From the NCBI GenBank assembly GCA_965248835.1, contig CBDFLJ010000002.1, positions 896,001 to 960,000 of the forward strand: a stretch of DNA of 64,000 nt, read 5' to 3'. The stretch comes from Alphaproteobacteria bacterium. Its GTDB lineage: Bacteria; Pseudomonadota; Alphaproteobacteria; MPNO01. Positions 22,616 through 33,754 of this stretch are shown piece after piece. The notes under the pieces are model-generated. The model saw only the letters and a program-made list of their open reading frames with translations, ran no database searches and was not told where the DNA came from. The number at the start of each line of letters is the position of its first letter. Within the stretch, counting starts at the first letter, position 1. The position numbers and the translations under genes are program-made.

Positions 22616-24601
22616 TCAGATGTCGACGTCCCGGACGTCCGCGGCGTGCTCCTGGATGAAGGCCAGCCGCAGCTCGGGCTTGCGGCCCATCAGATGCTCG
22701 ACCAGCGTGGCCGTGCGTTGACCCGACTCGCCGTCGGCGGCTTCCGGATCGGTGAGGCTGACCCGCAGCAAGGTGCGCTTGCCGGGGTCCATCGTGGTTT
22801 CCCGTAGCTGGCCCGCCGGCATCTCGCCCAGCCCCTTGAAGCGGCTCACCTCGACCCTGCCGCGCTCGTTGAACGCGTGCTCGATCAGCCGGTCCTTCTC
22901 TTCCTCGTCGCGCGCGTAGAGCGTTTTGCCGCCTTGGCTCAGCCGGTAGAGCGGCGGGGCGGCGAGATACAGGTGTCCGTTCTCGATCAGCTTCGGCAGC
23001 TCACGGTAGAAGAAGGTCATCAGCAGCGATGCGATATGCGCGCCGTCGACATCGGCATCGGTCATGATGATGACCCGGTCATAACGCAGCTTGGTTTCGT
23101 CGTATGACGATCCGCTGCCGCAGCCCAGCGCCTGGACCAGATCGGCGAGGTCCTGGTTCTGACGCAGCTTGTCCGCGGTCGCGCTGGCGACGTTGAGGAT
23201 CTTGCCGCGCAACGGCAGGATCGCCTGGGTCTCGCGGTTGCGCGCCTGCTTGGCCGAGCCGCCGGCCGAATCGCCCTCGACCAGGAAAATCTCCGTGTCC
23301 TGGGCCGAGCCGCGGCTGCAATCGGTCAGCTTGCCCGGCAGGCGGACTCTGCGGGTCGGCGTCTTGCGGGCGAACTCCCGATCCTGTTTGCGCCGAAGCC
23401 GATCCTCGGCGCGCTCGATGACATGGTCGAGCAGCCGGTTCGCGCTGTCGGGATCGCCGGTGAGAAAGTGGTCGAAATGGTCCTTGACCGCCGTATCGAC
23501 ATGGCGGGTGATCGAGACCGTCGAGAGCCGCTCCTTGGTCTGGCCCTGGAACTCCGGGTCGCGGATGAAAACCGACAGCAGCCCGCAGACGTCGCCCAGG
23601 GCGTCCTCGGCGGTGATCTGGGTGGCGCGGCGGTTGCCGGTCATCTCTCCGTAGGCCTTCAGCCCGCGGGTGAGCGCCGCCCGCAGGCCGGCCTCATGGG
23701 TGCCGCCCATCGGCGTGGGCACGGTGTTGCAATATGACCGCAGGAACGTCTCGCCGCCGTCGACCCAGGACAGCGCCCATTCGACCCGCGCGCCGTCGCC
23801 GTTGAGCGCCGCCTCGCCGGCGAATGCAGCCGGGCCGATGGTCTGGCGTTCGGCCAGGACGCCGCCCAGATAGTCGGCGAGCCCGCCCGGGAAACGCAGG
23901 GTCTCGCGCGCCGGCACGTCCTTGCGCCCGCGCAGCCGGGACTCCGCGCAGCGCCAACGGATCTCGACACCCTTGAACAGATAGGCCTTGGAGCCCGCCA
24001 TCGCGTAAAGCCGCTCGGCCCGGAAGGCCGCGTCGGGACCGAAGATCTCCGGGTCGGGATGGAAGCTGACCGCGGTTCCGCGGCGGTTGTGGACCGCGCC
24101 CTTGTTCTGGAGTTTGGTGCCCGCCTTGCCGCGGACATAGGTCTGCACCCACAGTGTCTGGTCGCGCACCACCTCGACCGTCATGCGGTCGCTCAGCGCG
24201 TTGACCGCCGAGATGCCCACGCCGTGCAGCCCGCCGGCGGTCCGGTATGCTTCGCCGCCGAACTTGCCGCCGGCGTGAAGCGTGGTCATCACAACCTCCA
24301 GGGCCGAGACGTCCTGGAATCTCGGATGGGGCTCGACCGGGATGCCGCGGCCGTTGTCGCGCACGGTGACCGAGCCGTCGCCCTCGAGCTCGATGTCGAT
24401 CCAGCTCGCATGCCCGGCGACCACCTCGTCCATCGCATTGTCCAAAGCCTCAGCGGCCAGGTGGTGCAGTGCCGCCTCGTCGGTGCCGCCGATATACATG
24501 CCCGGCCGCCGCCGGACCGGTTCCAGGCCCTCCAGCACCTCGATGTCCTTGGCGGAGTAGCGTTCGCTCGGCGCGGTCTTCTTTGCGGCTGTCCGGGGCA
24601 T
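22616..24601 (-). CDS. parE: DNA topoisomerase IV subunit B
   Basis: LEGLEPVRRRPGMYIG, DNGRGIP, GGLHGVG, VEGDSAGG, PLRGKILNV, MTDADVDG, RFKGLGEM; 661 aa without the GyrB insertion. Confidence 0.93.
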   Translation of the reverse strand: MPRTAAKKTAPSERYSAKDIEVLEGLEPVRRRPGMYIGGTDEAALHHLAAEALDNAMDEVVAGHASWIDIELEGDGSVTVRDNGRGIPVEPHPRFQDVSALEVVMTTLHAGGKFGGEAYRTAGGLHGVGISAVNALSDRMTVEVVRDQTLWVQTYVRGKAGTKLQNKGAVHNRRGTAVSFHPDPEIFGPDAAFRAERLYAMAGSKAYLFKGVEIRWRCAESRLRGRKDVPARETLRFPGGLADYLGGVLAERQTIGPAAFAGEAALNGDGARVEWALSWVDGGETFLRSYCNTVPTPMGGTHEAGLRAALTRGLKAYGEMTGNRRATQITAEDALGDVCGLLSVFIRDPEFQGQTKERLSTVSITRHVDTAVKDHFDHFLTGDPDSANRLLDHVIERAEDRLRRKQDREFARKTPTRRVRLPGKLTDCSRGSAQDTEIFLVEGDSAGGSAKQARNRETQAILPLRGKILNVASATADKLRQNQDLADLVQALGCGSGSSYDETKLRYDRVIIMTDADVDGAHIASLLMTFFYRELPKLIENGHLYLAAPPLYRLSQGGKTLYARDEEEKDRLIEHAFNERGRVEVSRFKGLGEMPAGQLRETTMDPGKRTLLRVSLTDPEAADGESGQRTATLVEHLMGRKPELRLAFIQEHAADVRDVDI

Positions 24602-24766
24602 GTCCGTGTGCGGCTACAGGATGCGGTATAGGAGCGATTGGAGATAACAAGATCATGTGGAGGTGGCAAGCGCGCTGTCACACCCGATGCCGCGCCCGAG
24701 GTTCATTTCGGCGACGCGGTGACCTGCTATCCCGATCGAGGCCCGGGCGAGCGGGCGCGTCTTGGC

Positions 24767-26176
24767 TCAGACGCTGTAGTACATGGCGAATTCGATGGGG
24801 TGCGGTGTGTACTCGAAGGCTTGGATTTCCTCGCGCCTGAGATCGAGGTAGCCGTCGATCAGGTCGTCGGAGAACACGTCGCCGCGCTTGAGGAACCCCC
24901 GGTCGGCATCGACCGCCTCGACCGCCTCGCGCAGCGAGTGGCAGACCGTCGGGATGTCCTCGAGCTCCTCCGCCGGCAGGTCGTAGAGGTTCTTGTCCAT
25001 CGGGTCGCCCGGATGGATCTTGTTCTCCACCCCGTCGAGACCGGCCATCAGCATGGCGGCGAACGCCAGATAGGGGTTCGCCGAGGGGTCGGGGAAGCGG
25101 ACCTCCACCCGCTTGCCGTTGGGGCTGGAGGCGAACGGGATGCGGCACGCCGCCGAGCGGTTGCGCGCCGAGTAGGCCAGCAGCACCGGCGCCTCGAAGC
25201 CCGGCACCAGGCGCTTGTAGCTGTTGGTCGTCGGGTTCGAGAAGGCGTTGATCGCCTTGGCGTGCTTGATGATCCCGCCGATATAGTGCAGCGCCGTCTC
25301 CGACAGATCGGCATAGCCCGAGCCGGCGAAGATCGGCCTGCCGTCCTTCCAGATCGACTGGTGGACATGCATGCCCGAACCGTTGTCGTCGATCACCGGC
25401 TTGGGCATGAAGGTGGCGGTCTTGCCGTAGGAATGGGCGACCGACTGGACGACGTATTTGTAGATCTGCACCTGATCGGCGGTCTGCAGCAGATCGCCGC
25501 CGCGCATGCCCAGCTCGTTCTGGCTGGGCGCGACCTCGTGATGGTGCTTCTCGATGGCCACCCCCATCTCGCCCATCACGGTGAGCATCTCGGCCCGCAG
25601 ATCGGCCAGCGAGTCGACCGGCGGGACCGGGAAGTAGCCGCCCTTGACGGCCGGCCTGTGGCCGACATTGCCGCCGTCGAAGCCGCGCCCGGTGTTGTAG
25701 GGGCCTTCCTCCTCGTCGATCGCGTAGAAGGTGTGGTTCATCGACACGTCGAAGCGGACGTCGTCGAAGACGAAGAACTCCAGCTCGGGGCCGAACATCG
25801 TGGCGTCGCCGACCCCGGTCTGATTGAGATAGGCCTGGGCGAGCTTGGCCGTCGAGCGCGGGTCGCGCGAATAGGGCTGGCCGGTGGTCGGCTCGAGCAC
25901 GTCGCAGAACAGGATCAGCGAGGTCTGGGCGGAAAACGGATCGAGCACCGCGGTGGCGGGATCGGGCATCAGGCACATGTCGGATTCCGAGATGTCCTTC
26001 CAGCCGGCGATCGAGGAGCCGTCGAACATGATACCCGAGGCGATCATGTCCTCATCGACCGTGCGCACCGCCTGCGCGGTGTGCTGCCACTTGCCGCGCG
26101 GGTCGGTGAAGCGGAAATCGACGTACTTGACGTCGTGCTCCTTGATCATCTCAAAGATCTTCGAGGCATCGGACAT
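24767..26176 (-). CDS. glnA: Glutamine synthetase type I
   Basis: [42 protein letters not shown], adenylylation site KNLYDLP. Confidence 0.98.
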   Translation of the reverse strand: MSDASKIFEMIKEHDVKYVDFRFTDPRGKWQHTAQAVRTVDEDMIASGIMFDGSSIAGWKDISESDMCLMPDPATAVLDPFSAQTSLILFCDVLEPTTGQPYSRDPRSTAKLAQAYLNQTGVGDATMFGPELEFFVFDDVRFDVSMNHTFYAIDEEEGPYNTGRGFDGGNVGHRPAVKGGYFPVPPVDSLADLRAEMLTVMGEMGVAIEKHHHEVAPSQNELGMRGGDLLQTADQVQIYKYVVQSVAHSYGKTATFMPKPVIDDNGSGMHVHQSIWKDGRPIFAGSGYADLSETALHYIGGIIKHAKAINAFSNPTTNSYKRLVPGFEAPVLLAYSARNRSAACRIPFASSPNGKRVEVRFPDPSANPYLAFAAMLMAGLDGVENKIHPGDPMDKNLYDLPAEELEDIPTVCHSLREAVEAVDADRGFLKRGDVFSDDLIDGYLDLRREEIQAFEYTPHPIEFAMYYSV

Positions 26177-26234
26177 CGCGGGCGCTCCTCACACAATCAC
26201 GGGTGGGATCTGACGGCGGTGCAATAAGGCGCGA

Positions 26235-27229
<995 letters not shown>

Positions 27230-27230
27230 G

Positions 27231-27716
27231 TCAGAAATCCTCCATCAGCGTGCCGACGACCGCCGTCGGGGCCTCGCCGACGATCAGCGCGGCCTCGATC
27301 AAGGCGAGGCTTCCCGGATCGGATCCCGGCCCGGGGGCCAGGAAAATACCCGCCCAGACCCCCGCTGCCGCGGCGGCGGTCATCGCCAGGCCGCGGGCGA
27401 GAAATGGCAGCTGCAGCCATGGGCGCCGGCTCTTGGCGCGGCGCGGCTGCTCCGCCGCCGGCTCCAATGCGGCGACCGCTTGCCGCAGCCGCATGGACGC
27501 GGGCGGCGGGGCGGGCAGGCGGGCCAGGGCGGCATCGAGATGCCGCGCCGCGGCAAGGATCTCCCGCGCCGCTTGCGAGCCGGCGAGCAGATCCCGGGCC
27601 GGGCCGCGTTCCGCCTCGGGCCAACGGTCGATGGCGCCGCCATAGGCATCGGCGAGCGCGCCGAACCGTGCAGGAGTCATCGGCCCGGCCGGATCGTGGG
27701 TTCGGTGGTTGTTCAT
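27231..27716 (-). CDS. Putative membrane anti-sigma factor
   Basis: MTPARFGALADAYGGAIDRWP, single TM segment; overlaps the ECF sigma gene. Confidence 0.7.
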   Translation of the reverse strand: MNNHRTHDPAGPMTPARFGALADAYGGAIDRWPEAERGPARDLLAGSQAAREILAAARHLDAALARLPAPPPASMRLRQAVAALEPAAEQPRRAKSRRPWLQLPFLARGLAMTAAAAAGVWAGIFLAPGPGSDPGSLALIEAALIVGEAPTAVVGTLMEDF

Positions 27717-28309
27717 GGTCGGGTTTCCAGCAGATCGTGGGCGTCCGCGGCCAGCGCCTTGCGCATGTGTCGGCGGCCGCGTGCAAGCAGGGATTCCACG
27801 GCTTCCTCGCCGACGCCCAGCGCTTTGCCGGCCTCGCGCCCGGTCATGCCGTGATAGTGGACCAGAACCAAGGCAGCCCGCTGACGCGCGGGCAGGGCCG
27901 CCAGGGCGCCGCGCACCGCGCGGGTGATGGCGATCGATCCTTCGAGCGGCGCGCCGCTGGTGTCCGCGATATTCTCCGCGTCCTCGGCGCCTCGCGGCGC
28001 GCGCGCCCGGGCGCGGTGGCGGTCGATGCACAGGTTGGTCGCGACCCGGAACAACCAGGCGCGCAGGCCGGGTTCGCCGGGCTGCCAGATCGCGGCCTTG
28101 GAAAGCAGGCGCATGAAGGTTTCCTGGGCGACATCCTCGGCATCGGCGCGGTTGCCGAGGTTGCGCCAGGCAAGGCCGAGGACGCTGTCCAGGTGGAGCG
28201 CCGCCAGTGCCGCCATCGCGCCGTCCTCGCCGCGCGCGAGTGCGCGCACCAGCGCGTCCTCGTCCGCCCCCGTGCCGGCTTCACTCACATCTGCCCGCAG
28301 CGCCCGCAC
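27713..28309 (-). CDS. ECF sigma-70 family factor
   Basis: DAEDVAQETF, WLFRVATNLCID, LPARQR, AVESLLARGRR. Confidence 0.9.
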   Translation of the reverse strand: MRALRADVSEAGTGADEDALVRALARGEDGAMAALAALHLDSVLGLAWRNLGNRADAEDVAQETFMRLLSKAAIWQPGEPGLRAWLFRVATNLCIDRHRARARAPRGAEDAENIADTSGAPLEGSIAITRAVRGALAALPARQRAALVLVHYHGMTGREAGKALGVGEEAVESLLARGRRHMRKALAADAHDLLETRP

Positions 28310-28315
28310 CGCGGC

Positions 28316-28804
28316 TCAGCGGCGCGGTCCGCGCCCGCCGCCGCGGCGATGCCATCGGCGCCGGGGCAGCTCCTCGGCCGCCATCGCGCCGTCGCCGTTG
28401 ACGTCATAGCGTGCGAACCAGCGCGCCGAGGGAGCGGCGAGCTCATCAGCGGTGATCTTGCGGTCGCCGTCGGTATCCAGCATGTCGAACAATGTCGTCG
28501 TGCGCAGGCTCTGGATCAACCGGCCGCGGCGGCGGAATTCCTCGACCGACAGCGCGCCGTTTCCGTCGACGTCCACAGCACCGAGGATACGCTTCTGCTC
28601 GGCCCTGATCTCGTCCATCGAGACGGTCCCGTTGCCGTCGGTGTCATAGATTCGCACGAAATGACTCGCATGGCGCGGAGGCATGTCGGCCCGTTCGGCC
28701 TGCGTCCCGCCGCCGGCAGTGCCCGACTGGGCGAAGGCCGCGCCGGCGGCGATCAGCGTGACGCCAGCCAGCCAGGCAGCGCCGATGGTCCTTGCGGTTC
28801 TCAT
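28316..28804 (-). CDS. Exported EF-hand calcium-binding protein
   Basis: Signal peptide; four EF loops DTDGNGTVS, DVDGNGALS, DTDGDRKIT, DVNGDGAMA. Confidence 0.85.
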   Translation of the reverse strand: MRTARTIGAAWLAGVTLIAAGAAFAQSGTAGGGTQAERADMPPRHASHFVRIYDTDGNGTVSMDEIRAEQKRILGAVDVDGNGALSVEEFRRRGRLIQSLRTTTLFDMLDTDGDRKITADELAAPSARWFARYDVNGDGAMAAEELPRRRWHRRGGGRGPRR

Positions 28805-28875
28805 GTCGGGGTCTCCAATTCTTGCCGGTGTACTGTCCTTACACGCACGGCAGCCTTTCGATCCGTCGCGCCAAT

Positions 28876-28907
28876 TCGATGGACTGTCGATGGACTGTCG
28901 ATGGACT
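28876..28907. repeat. Three tandem 11-bp direct repeats TCGATGGACTG (third lacks the final G)
   Basis: tcgatggactg tcgatggactg tcgatggact in the divergent intergenic region. Confidence 0.85.
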
Positions 28908-29003
28908 CGGCGGACCCTGTTCCATAGACTTCGACCGCCGATATCGTGGCGGCTTCCGTCCTCCGACCTATCCACCGGAATCTTAGAAATTCAAGGCAAC
29001 AGT

Positions 29004-30071
29004 ATGGAATTCGGTATTTTTTCCAATGGGTTTCGCGCGCATACCAGTGCCGCCCAGACCTACGAGGAAGACATCCGCGAGATCGTGCTGGCCGACAGGT
29101 TGGGGTTCTCGGTCGCCTATATCAGCGAGCATCACGGCGAGCGGCCCTATATCAACCGGGTCGATACGATCCCGGTGCCCGAATTGATGATGTGCAAGGC
29201 GGCGGCCTTGACCGAGCGGATCCGCATGGGGGCCGCGGTCAAGCTGATCCACCTGCATCACCCGCTCGATGTCGCGATCCAGGCAGCGGTGACCGATCAC
29301 GTGGTGGGCGGGGGGCGTTTCATCTTCGGCTTCGGCTCCGGGTTTCCCAACCCGCTGTTCTCCGAGGAGCGCGGCCTCGGCTACGATGACCGCTACGCGC
29401 GACTGGCCGAGTCGCTCGACTTCATTTTCAAGTGCTGGACCAGCGACGAGCCGTTCGACTGGGAGGGCGAGCACTGGAAGGCGACCGGCGTTGTCGCCTT
29501 GCCGAAGCCGCTCACCCGCCCGCACATGCCGATGGCGACGGCGACCGAGTCCGAGCCGACGATCCGGATGGCGGGCGAGCGCGGCTATACGCTGCTCTCG
29601 GCGTTCCTCGAGCCGGCGGCGATGCTGCGCCGCAAGGGCGAGATCTACGCCGAGGCCGCGCGCGCGGCCGGCCGGCCGGCGCCGCTGCGCGACATCGCCG
29701 CCTCGCGGATCGTCTACATCGCCGATTCCGAGCGCGATGCGATCGAGGACCTCAGACCCGCCGTCACCCACGAAGTCGGCGTCCAGGCGGAGCGCGGCTT
29801 CCTGAAGATGCTCAAGGCGCTGTTCGATATCGAGGTGCCCAACGACCGCAACGCCATCGAGGCGCTGATCGAAGCGGGGATGTACTTCCTCGGCGACTGC
29901 GACCAGGTCGCAGCCCAATTGAAGGAATTTCACGACGCGGCCGGCGGGTTCGGCACGCTCCTGATCGTCACCGGCAAGGATTGGGCCGACCGCGGCCGGC
30001 GCGAACGCTCGATGCGGCTGTTTGCGGACAACGTCGTCCCGCAGCTCCGCGAACTCGGCCCGGCCGATTGA
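29004..30071 (+). CDS. LLM-class flavin-dependent oxidoreductase
   Basis: MEFGIF, ADRLGF..AYISEHH, TERIRMG, GRFIFGFGSG, SMRLFADNVVP. Confidence 0.88.
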   Translation: MEFGIFSNGFRAHTSAAQTYEEDIREIVLADRLGFSVAYISEHHGERPYINRVDTIPVPELMMCKAAALTERIRMGAAVKLIHLHHPLDVAIQAAVTDHVVGGGRFIFGFGSGFPNPLFSEERGLGYDDRYARLAESLDFIFKCWTSDEPFDWEGEHWKATGVVALPKPLTRPHMPMATATESEPTIRMAGERGYTLLSAFLEPAAMLRRKGEIYAEAARAAGRPAPLRDIAASRIVYIADSERDAIEDLRPAVTHEVGVQAERGFLKMLKALFDIEVPNDRNAIEALIEAGMYFLGDCDQVAAQLKEFHDAAGGFGTLLIVTGKDWADRGRRERSMRLFADNVVPQLRELGPAD

Positions 30072-30102
30072 CCCCGCCCGCGGTCCCGACCACGATCGCA
30101 CC

Positions 30103-31209
30103 ATGAGAATCATCGATGCCGACAGCCATCTGGTCGAGGATTTCGACAGGCTCCATGCGCTGACCGATGCCCGTTACCGCGCCTACGCGCCTCGGCTGGT
30201 GCCCCACGGTCCGGCCGAAATGGTCCAGATCGGCGGGGTCTATCAGGCCCAGGCGCCGGGCATGACCTGGGGCGACACCAACTCGCGCCGCGGCCTGGAC
30301 GGCGACAAGCGCCAGATGCGCAAGTGGAACGAGGGCGACGAGGTCGGGTTCGATCCCATCGCCCGGCTCGCGCTGATGGACGAGATCGGCGTCGACGGCT
30401 CGATCATCTTCCCATCGGCCGGGATCGGGGTAGGTGCGATCCAGATCCCCGAGATCGCCGCAGGCGTCTGCCGCGGCGTCAACCGCTACGTCGCGGAGTA
30501 TTGCGCGGCCGACGGCGCCAGGCTGTGGCCGGCCGCCAACATCCCGCTTGCCGGCCGCGACGCCGCGGTCCAGGAGGCGCGCTACGCCGTAGAGGAGCTC
30601 GGCGCCAAGGCACTGTTCGGCCTGTCGGGCGAGCACGGACCCGAGCGGCTCTACCACCCCTATTGGGACCCTTTCTTCGAGACCGTTTCCGCGCTCGGCG
30701 TGCCGTTCTGCACACATGGCGGCGGCGGCGCGGTGCGCGGCGGGCTCGCCGCCGAGCGGTTCCCCGGCCAGTACGCGCCCTATCACATGACCACCCACAC
30801 GATCGAGGCGATGCTGGTCTGTCTCGGGATGATCGCCGGCGGGCTGTTCGAGAAATGGCCGACGCTCAAGGTCGGCTTCTTCGAGGCCGGCGCCGGCTGG
30901 ATGCCGTTCTGGCTCGACCGGCTGGAGGAGAAATACGCCCATCTCGGCTGGACGCTGCCCGAGCTGCACCACTCCCCGATCGAAGTGTTCCGCGAGCATT
31001 GCACGGTCACCGCAGAGGTCGAGGAGGGCGGGATCGCAGCTACGCTCGCCTTCCTCGACGGGCGCGGGGTGATGTGGTCCTCCGACCTGCCGCATTTCGA
31101 CTGCGAGGACGATGGCAGCCCGCGCCGGCTGGCCGAGAACGAGGACCTGCCGATCGATCACCGCGCGCGCGTGCTGGGGCTCAACGCGATCGATTTCTTC
31201 GGGCTCTGA
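30103..31209 (+). CDS. Amidohydrolase_2 family protein (decarboxylase/hydratase-like)
   Basis: IIDADSH, MDEIGVD..IFPS, FEAGAGW, WSSDLPHFD. Confidence 0.85.
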   Translation: MRIIDADSHLVEDFDRLHALTDARYRAYAPRLVPHGPAEMVQIGGVYQAQAPGMTWGDTNSRRGLDGDKRQMRKWNEGDEVGFDPIARLALMDEIGVDGSIIFPSAGIGVGAIQIPEIAAGVCRGVNRYVAEYCAADGARLWPAANIPLAGRDAAVQEARYAVEELGAKALFGLSGEHGPERLYHPYWDPFFETVSALGVPFCTHGGGGAVRGGLAAERFPGQYAPYHMTTHTIEAMLVCLGMIAGGLFEKWPTLKVGFFEAGAGWMPFWLDRLEEKYAHLGWTLPELHHSPIEVFREHCTVTAEVEEGGIAATLAFLDGRGVMWSSDLPHFDCEDDGSPRRLAENEDLPIDHRARVLGLNAIDFFGL

Positions 31210-32000
31210 GGGCGGCGACCACGACCAGGCCGCCGGCCGCCGGGATCAGCGCCAGCGGATCGTCGTTGCCGATCCAGATCGTCGCGCTGCCGACCGCGAC
31301 GGCACCGATCAGGCATGACAGCCCAAGCGCCGCCTCGACCGGCCCGCGGCCGCCCATCAGCCCGGACATCTGACCGATCAGCAGCCCGGCGGCGGCCGCG
31401 GTCAGGACGACGATTACCACCGCCGTCCCGGAGCCCTGGAGCAGCAGTGCTGGGTTGTAGACCCACAGGAACGGCATCAGGAAAGCCGCAGCCGCGAGCT
31501 GGAGTCCGATGAGGCCGGTCTTCCACATGTCCGCGCCGGCGAGGTCCGCGGCCACCATCGAGGCGATCGCGACCGGCGGGGTCAGCATGCTCAACAGTCC
31601 GAAATAGAAGATGAAGAAATGCGCCGACATCTCGGGGATCTCCATCTCCACCAGGGCCGGGGCGATGATCGAGACCAGGACGACGTAGACCGCCGCCGTC
31701 GGCATGCCCATCCCGAGCACGATGCAGACCAGCGCGGTGAGCACCAGCATGACCAGCATGCCGGCATTGGCGCCGACCGTGGTCAGCACCAGCGAGAGCT
31801 GGAAGCCGAGCCCGGTCGAGTTCATCAGACCGATGATCACCCCGGCCCCGCCGCCGATCATGATCAGGGGGATCAGGTTCTCACCGCCGCCGATGAAGAA
31901 ACCGCGCCATTCGGCCAGGTTGGGCGGACGCCGGTTCTTGACGATCATGAGCACGAACAGGACGCCGCAGGCATACATGCCCGACAGCCCGGCGCGACGC
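31181..32000 (-). pseudogene. C-terminal part of a TRAP 4TM/12TM fused permease, N-terminus deleted
   Basis: IVLGMGMPTAAVY, AHFFIFYFGLLSMLTPPVA; only about 270 aa, abutting the TAXI gene. Confidence 0.75.
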
Positions 32001-32889
32001 CGCGCAACGGGCCGTACGCCTTCTGAAGCTTCGCCCAGCTCTGGTGCACGACCCGGTAGGCGAGTTCGACTTGACGACCCGGTAGGTCGAGTTCGTTGGA
32101 GACCGTCGGGCCGGCGGTGAAATAGGTGTCGATCGACAGCATGGCGAGCGGCTCGGTGACATAGGGGTAGCGCTTGGCGGGCTTGGCCTGGTGCGGCGCC
32201 ATGCCCGGCTTGCCGAGGATGTATTCGTCGGTCCCGCGCGGGCCGAGCGGCAGGAAGCGGATCCCGCCGGGTATTGTCGCGTGCGCCTTCCGGACCTGTG
32301 GCATGCCCATGCCGACGACCGCGGCATCGGCCCGGCCCTCGACGACCATGTTCACGCTGCTGACGATGCCGCCGGACTTCAAGGCGATCACGTCCCCGAC
32401 CGAGATCGAACCCGACCCGAGAAAGTGCCGGGTGATGATCCCCATCGAGACGATGGTCTTGATGTCGGTGATCACGCGCTTGCCGCGCAGATCGGCGAGA
32501 GACTTGATACCCGAGTCGCCGCGCACCAGCGCGCCTTCAGGGATGATCCACACCCGCGCGAGCACCCGGACATTGTCGAGCTTCTTCCTGAACGGCGCTT
32601 GGCCGCGCACCGCCGCGGCGGTATCCATCGAGTTGTTGAGCCCCATGGTGATCTCGCCGTTATCGATCAGCGGCAGATAGACCGAGGAGCCGGCATGGGG
32701 CTGCGCGGTCGATCGGATCTTGAGGTTCTGCTGAATGTGTTTGGCAAAGCCGCTGGCCAGCAGGAAGAACACCGAGCCCTGCCGGTTGGAGCCGATGGTG
32801 ATCCGCTTGATGTCGGCTTGCGCAGCGCCGGCGCACATCAAAGCCAGCCCGGCCGCGGCCAGGGGCACCATTCCGATGCGTTTGATCAT
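31945..32889 (-). pseudogene. TAXI-family TRAP solute-binding protein, C-terminally truncated
   Basis: Signal peptide, TIGSNRQGSVF, QPHAGSS, SGIKSLADLRGKRV; runs into permease sequence out of frame. Confidence 0.75.
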
Positions 32890-32988
32890 GCTTCGAGCCT
32901 CCCTTCTTCCGTGCGCCATTTCTGGCTAGCCTTGGCCCGCGTTTGGACGTGCTGAGTCACGTGAAGTCAACGAGGGATGGGCGGTACC

Positions 32989-33750
32989 ATGACGGGACGA
33001 CTGGACGGGAAGGCGGCCTTGGTGACGGGCGGCGCCGGGGGTATCGGATCGGCGACGGCGCGCCTGTTTCAGGCTGAGGGCGCACGGGTCGCGATCCTCG
33101 ATCGCGATCCGGACAGGCTGGCTCAGGCGCGGGACGACATCGGCGGCGAAGTGCTGGCGATCGTCGCCGACATCGCCAAAGAGGCCGAAGCCGAGCGCGC
33201 GATTGCCGAAGCGCTGTCCCGCCTGGGCGGGCTGTCGGTCCTGGTCAACAACGCCGGGGTGCGCGAATACGGACCGCTGGCCGAGGCCGACGCCGAGTCC
33301 TGGCGGCGTATCATCGCCGTCAACCTGATGGGCACGGCCTATTGCACCAAGGCTGCATTGCCGGCGCTGCGGGCGGCCGAGGGCGCGGCCATCGTCAACG
33401 TCTCCTCGGCGCACGCGATCGTGCCGCGCCGCGGCATGGGCCAGTACGATGCGACCAAGGCCGCGATCGTCTCGATGACCCAAACGCTCGCCTGGGAGGA
33501 GGCCGCATCCGGCATCCGGGTGAACGCGGTCTGCCCCGGCGGGGTGCTGACGTCCTATCACATCGGGCGCTACGCGGCGCAGGGCGTAGAAGGCCAGGCG
33601 CTCAGGGACCTGCAAAAGGATGCGAGCCTGATGGGCCGCTGGGCCGAGCTGGAGGAGATCGCCTATCCGATCCTCTGGCTCGCCTCCGAGGAGGCCTCGT
33701 TCATCACCGGCACCGCGATCATGGTCGACGGCGGCAAGCTGGTGAATTGA
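32989..33750 (+). CDS. SDR family oxidoreductase
   Basis: TGGAGGIG, NNAG, YDATK, VCPG, FITGT..VDGG. Confidence 0.9.
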   Translation: MTGRLDGKAALVTGGAGGIGSATARLFQAEGARVAILDRDPDRLAQARDDIGGEVLAIVADIAKEAEAERAIAEALSRLGGLSVLVNNAGVREYGPLAEADAESWRRIIAVNLMGTAYCTKAALPALRAAEGAAIVNVSSAHAIVPRRGMGQYDATKAAIVSMTQTLAWEEAASGIRVNAVCPGGVLTSYHIGRYAAQGVEGQALRDLQKDASLMGRWAELEEIAYPILWLASEEASFITGTAIMVDGGKLVN

Positions 33751-33754
33751 GCCT

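Noticed and set aside
22616-24601. gyrB
   Set aside because: Length and motifs (LEPVRRR, no ~170-aa insertion) fit ParE
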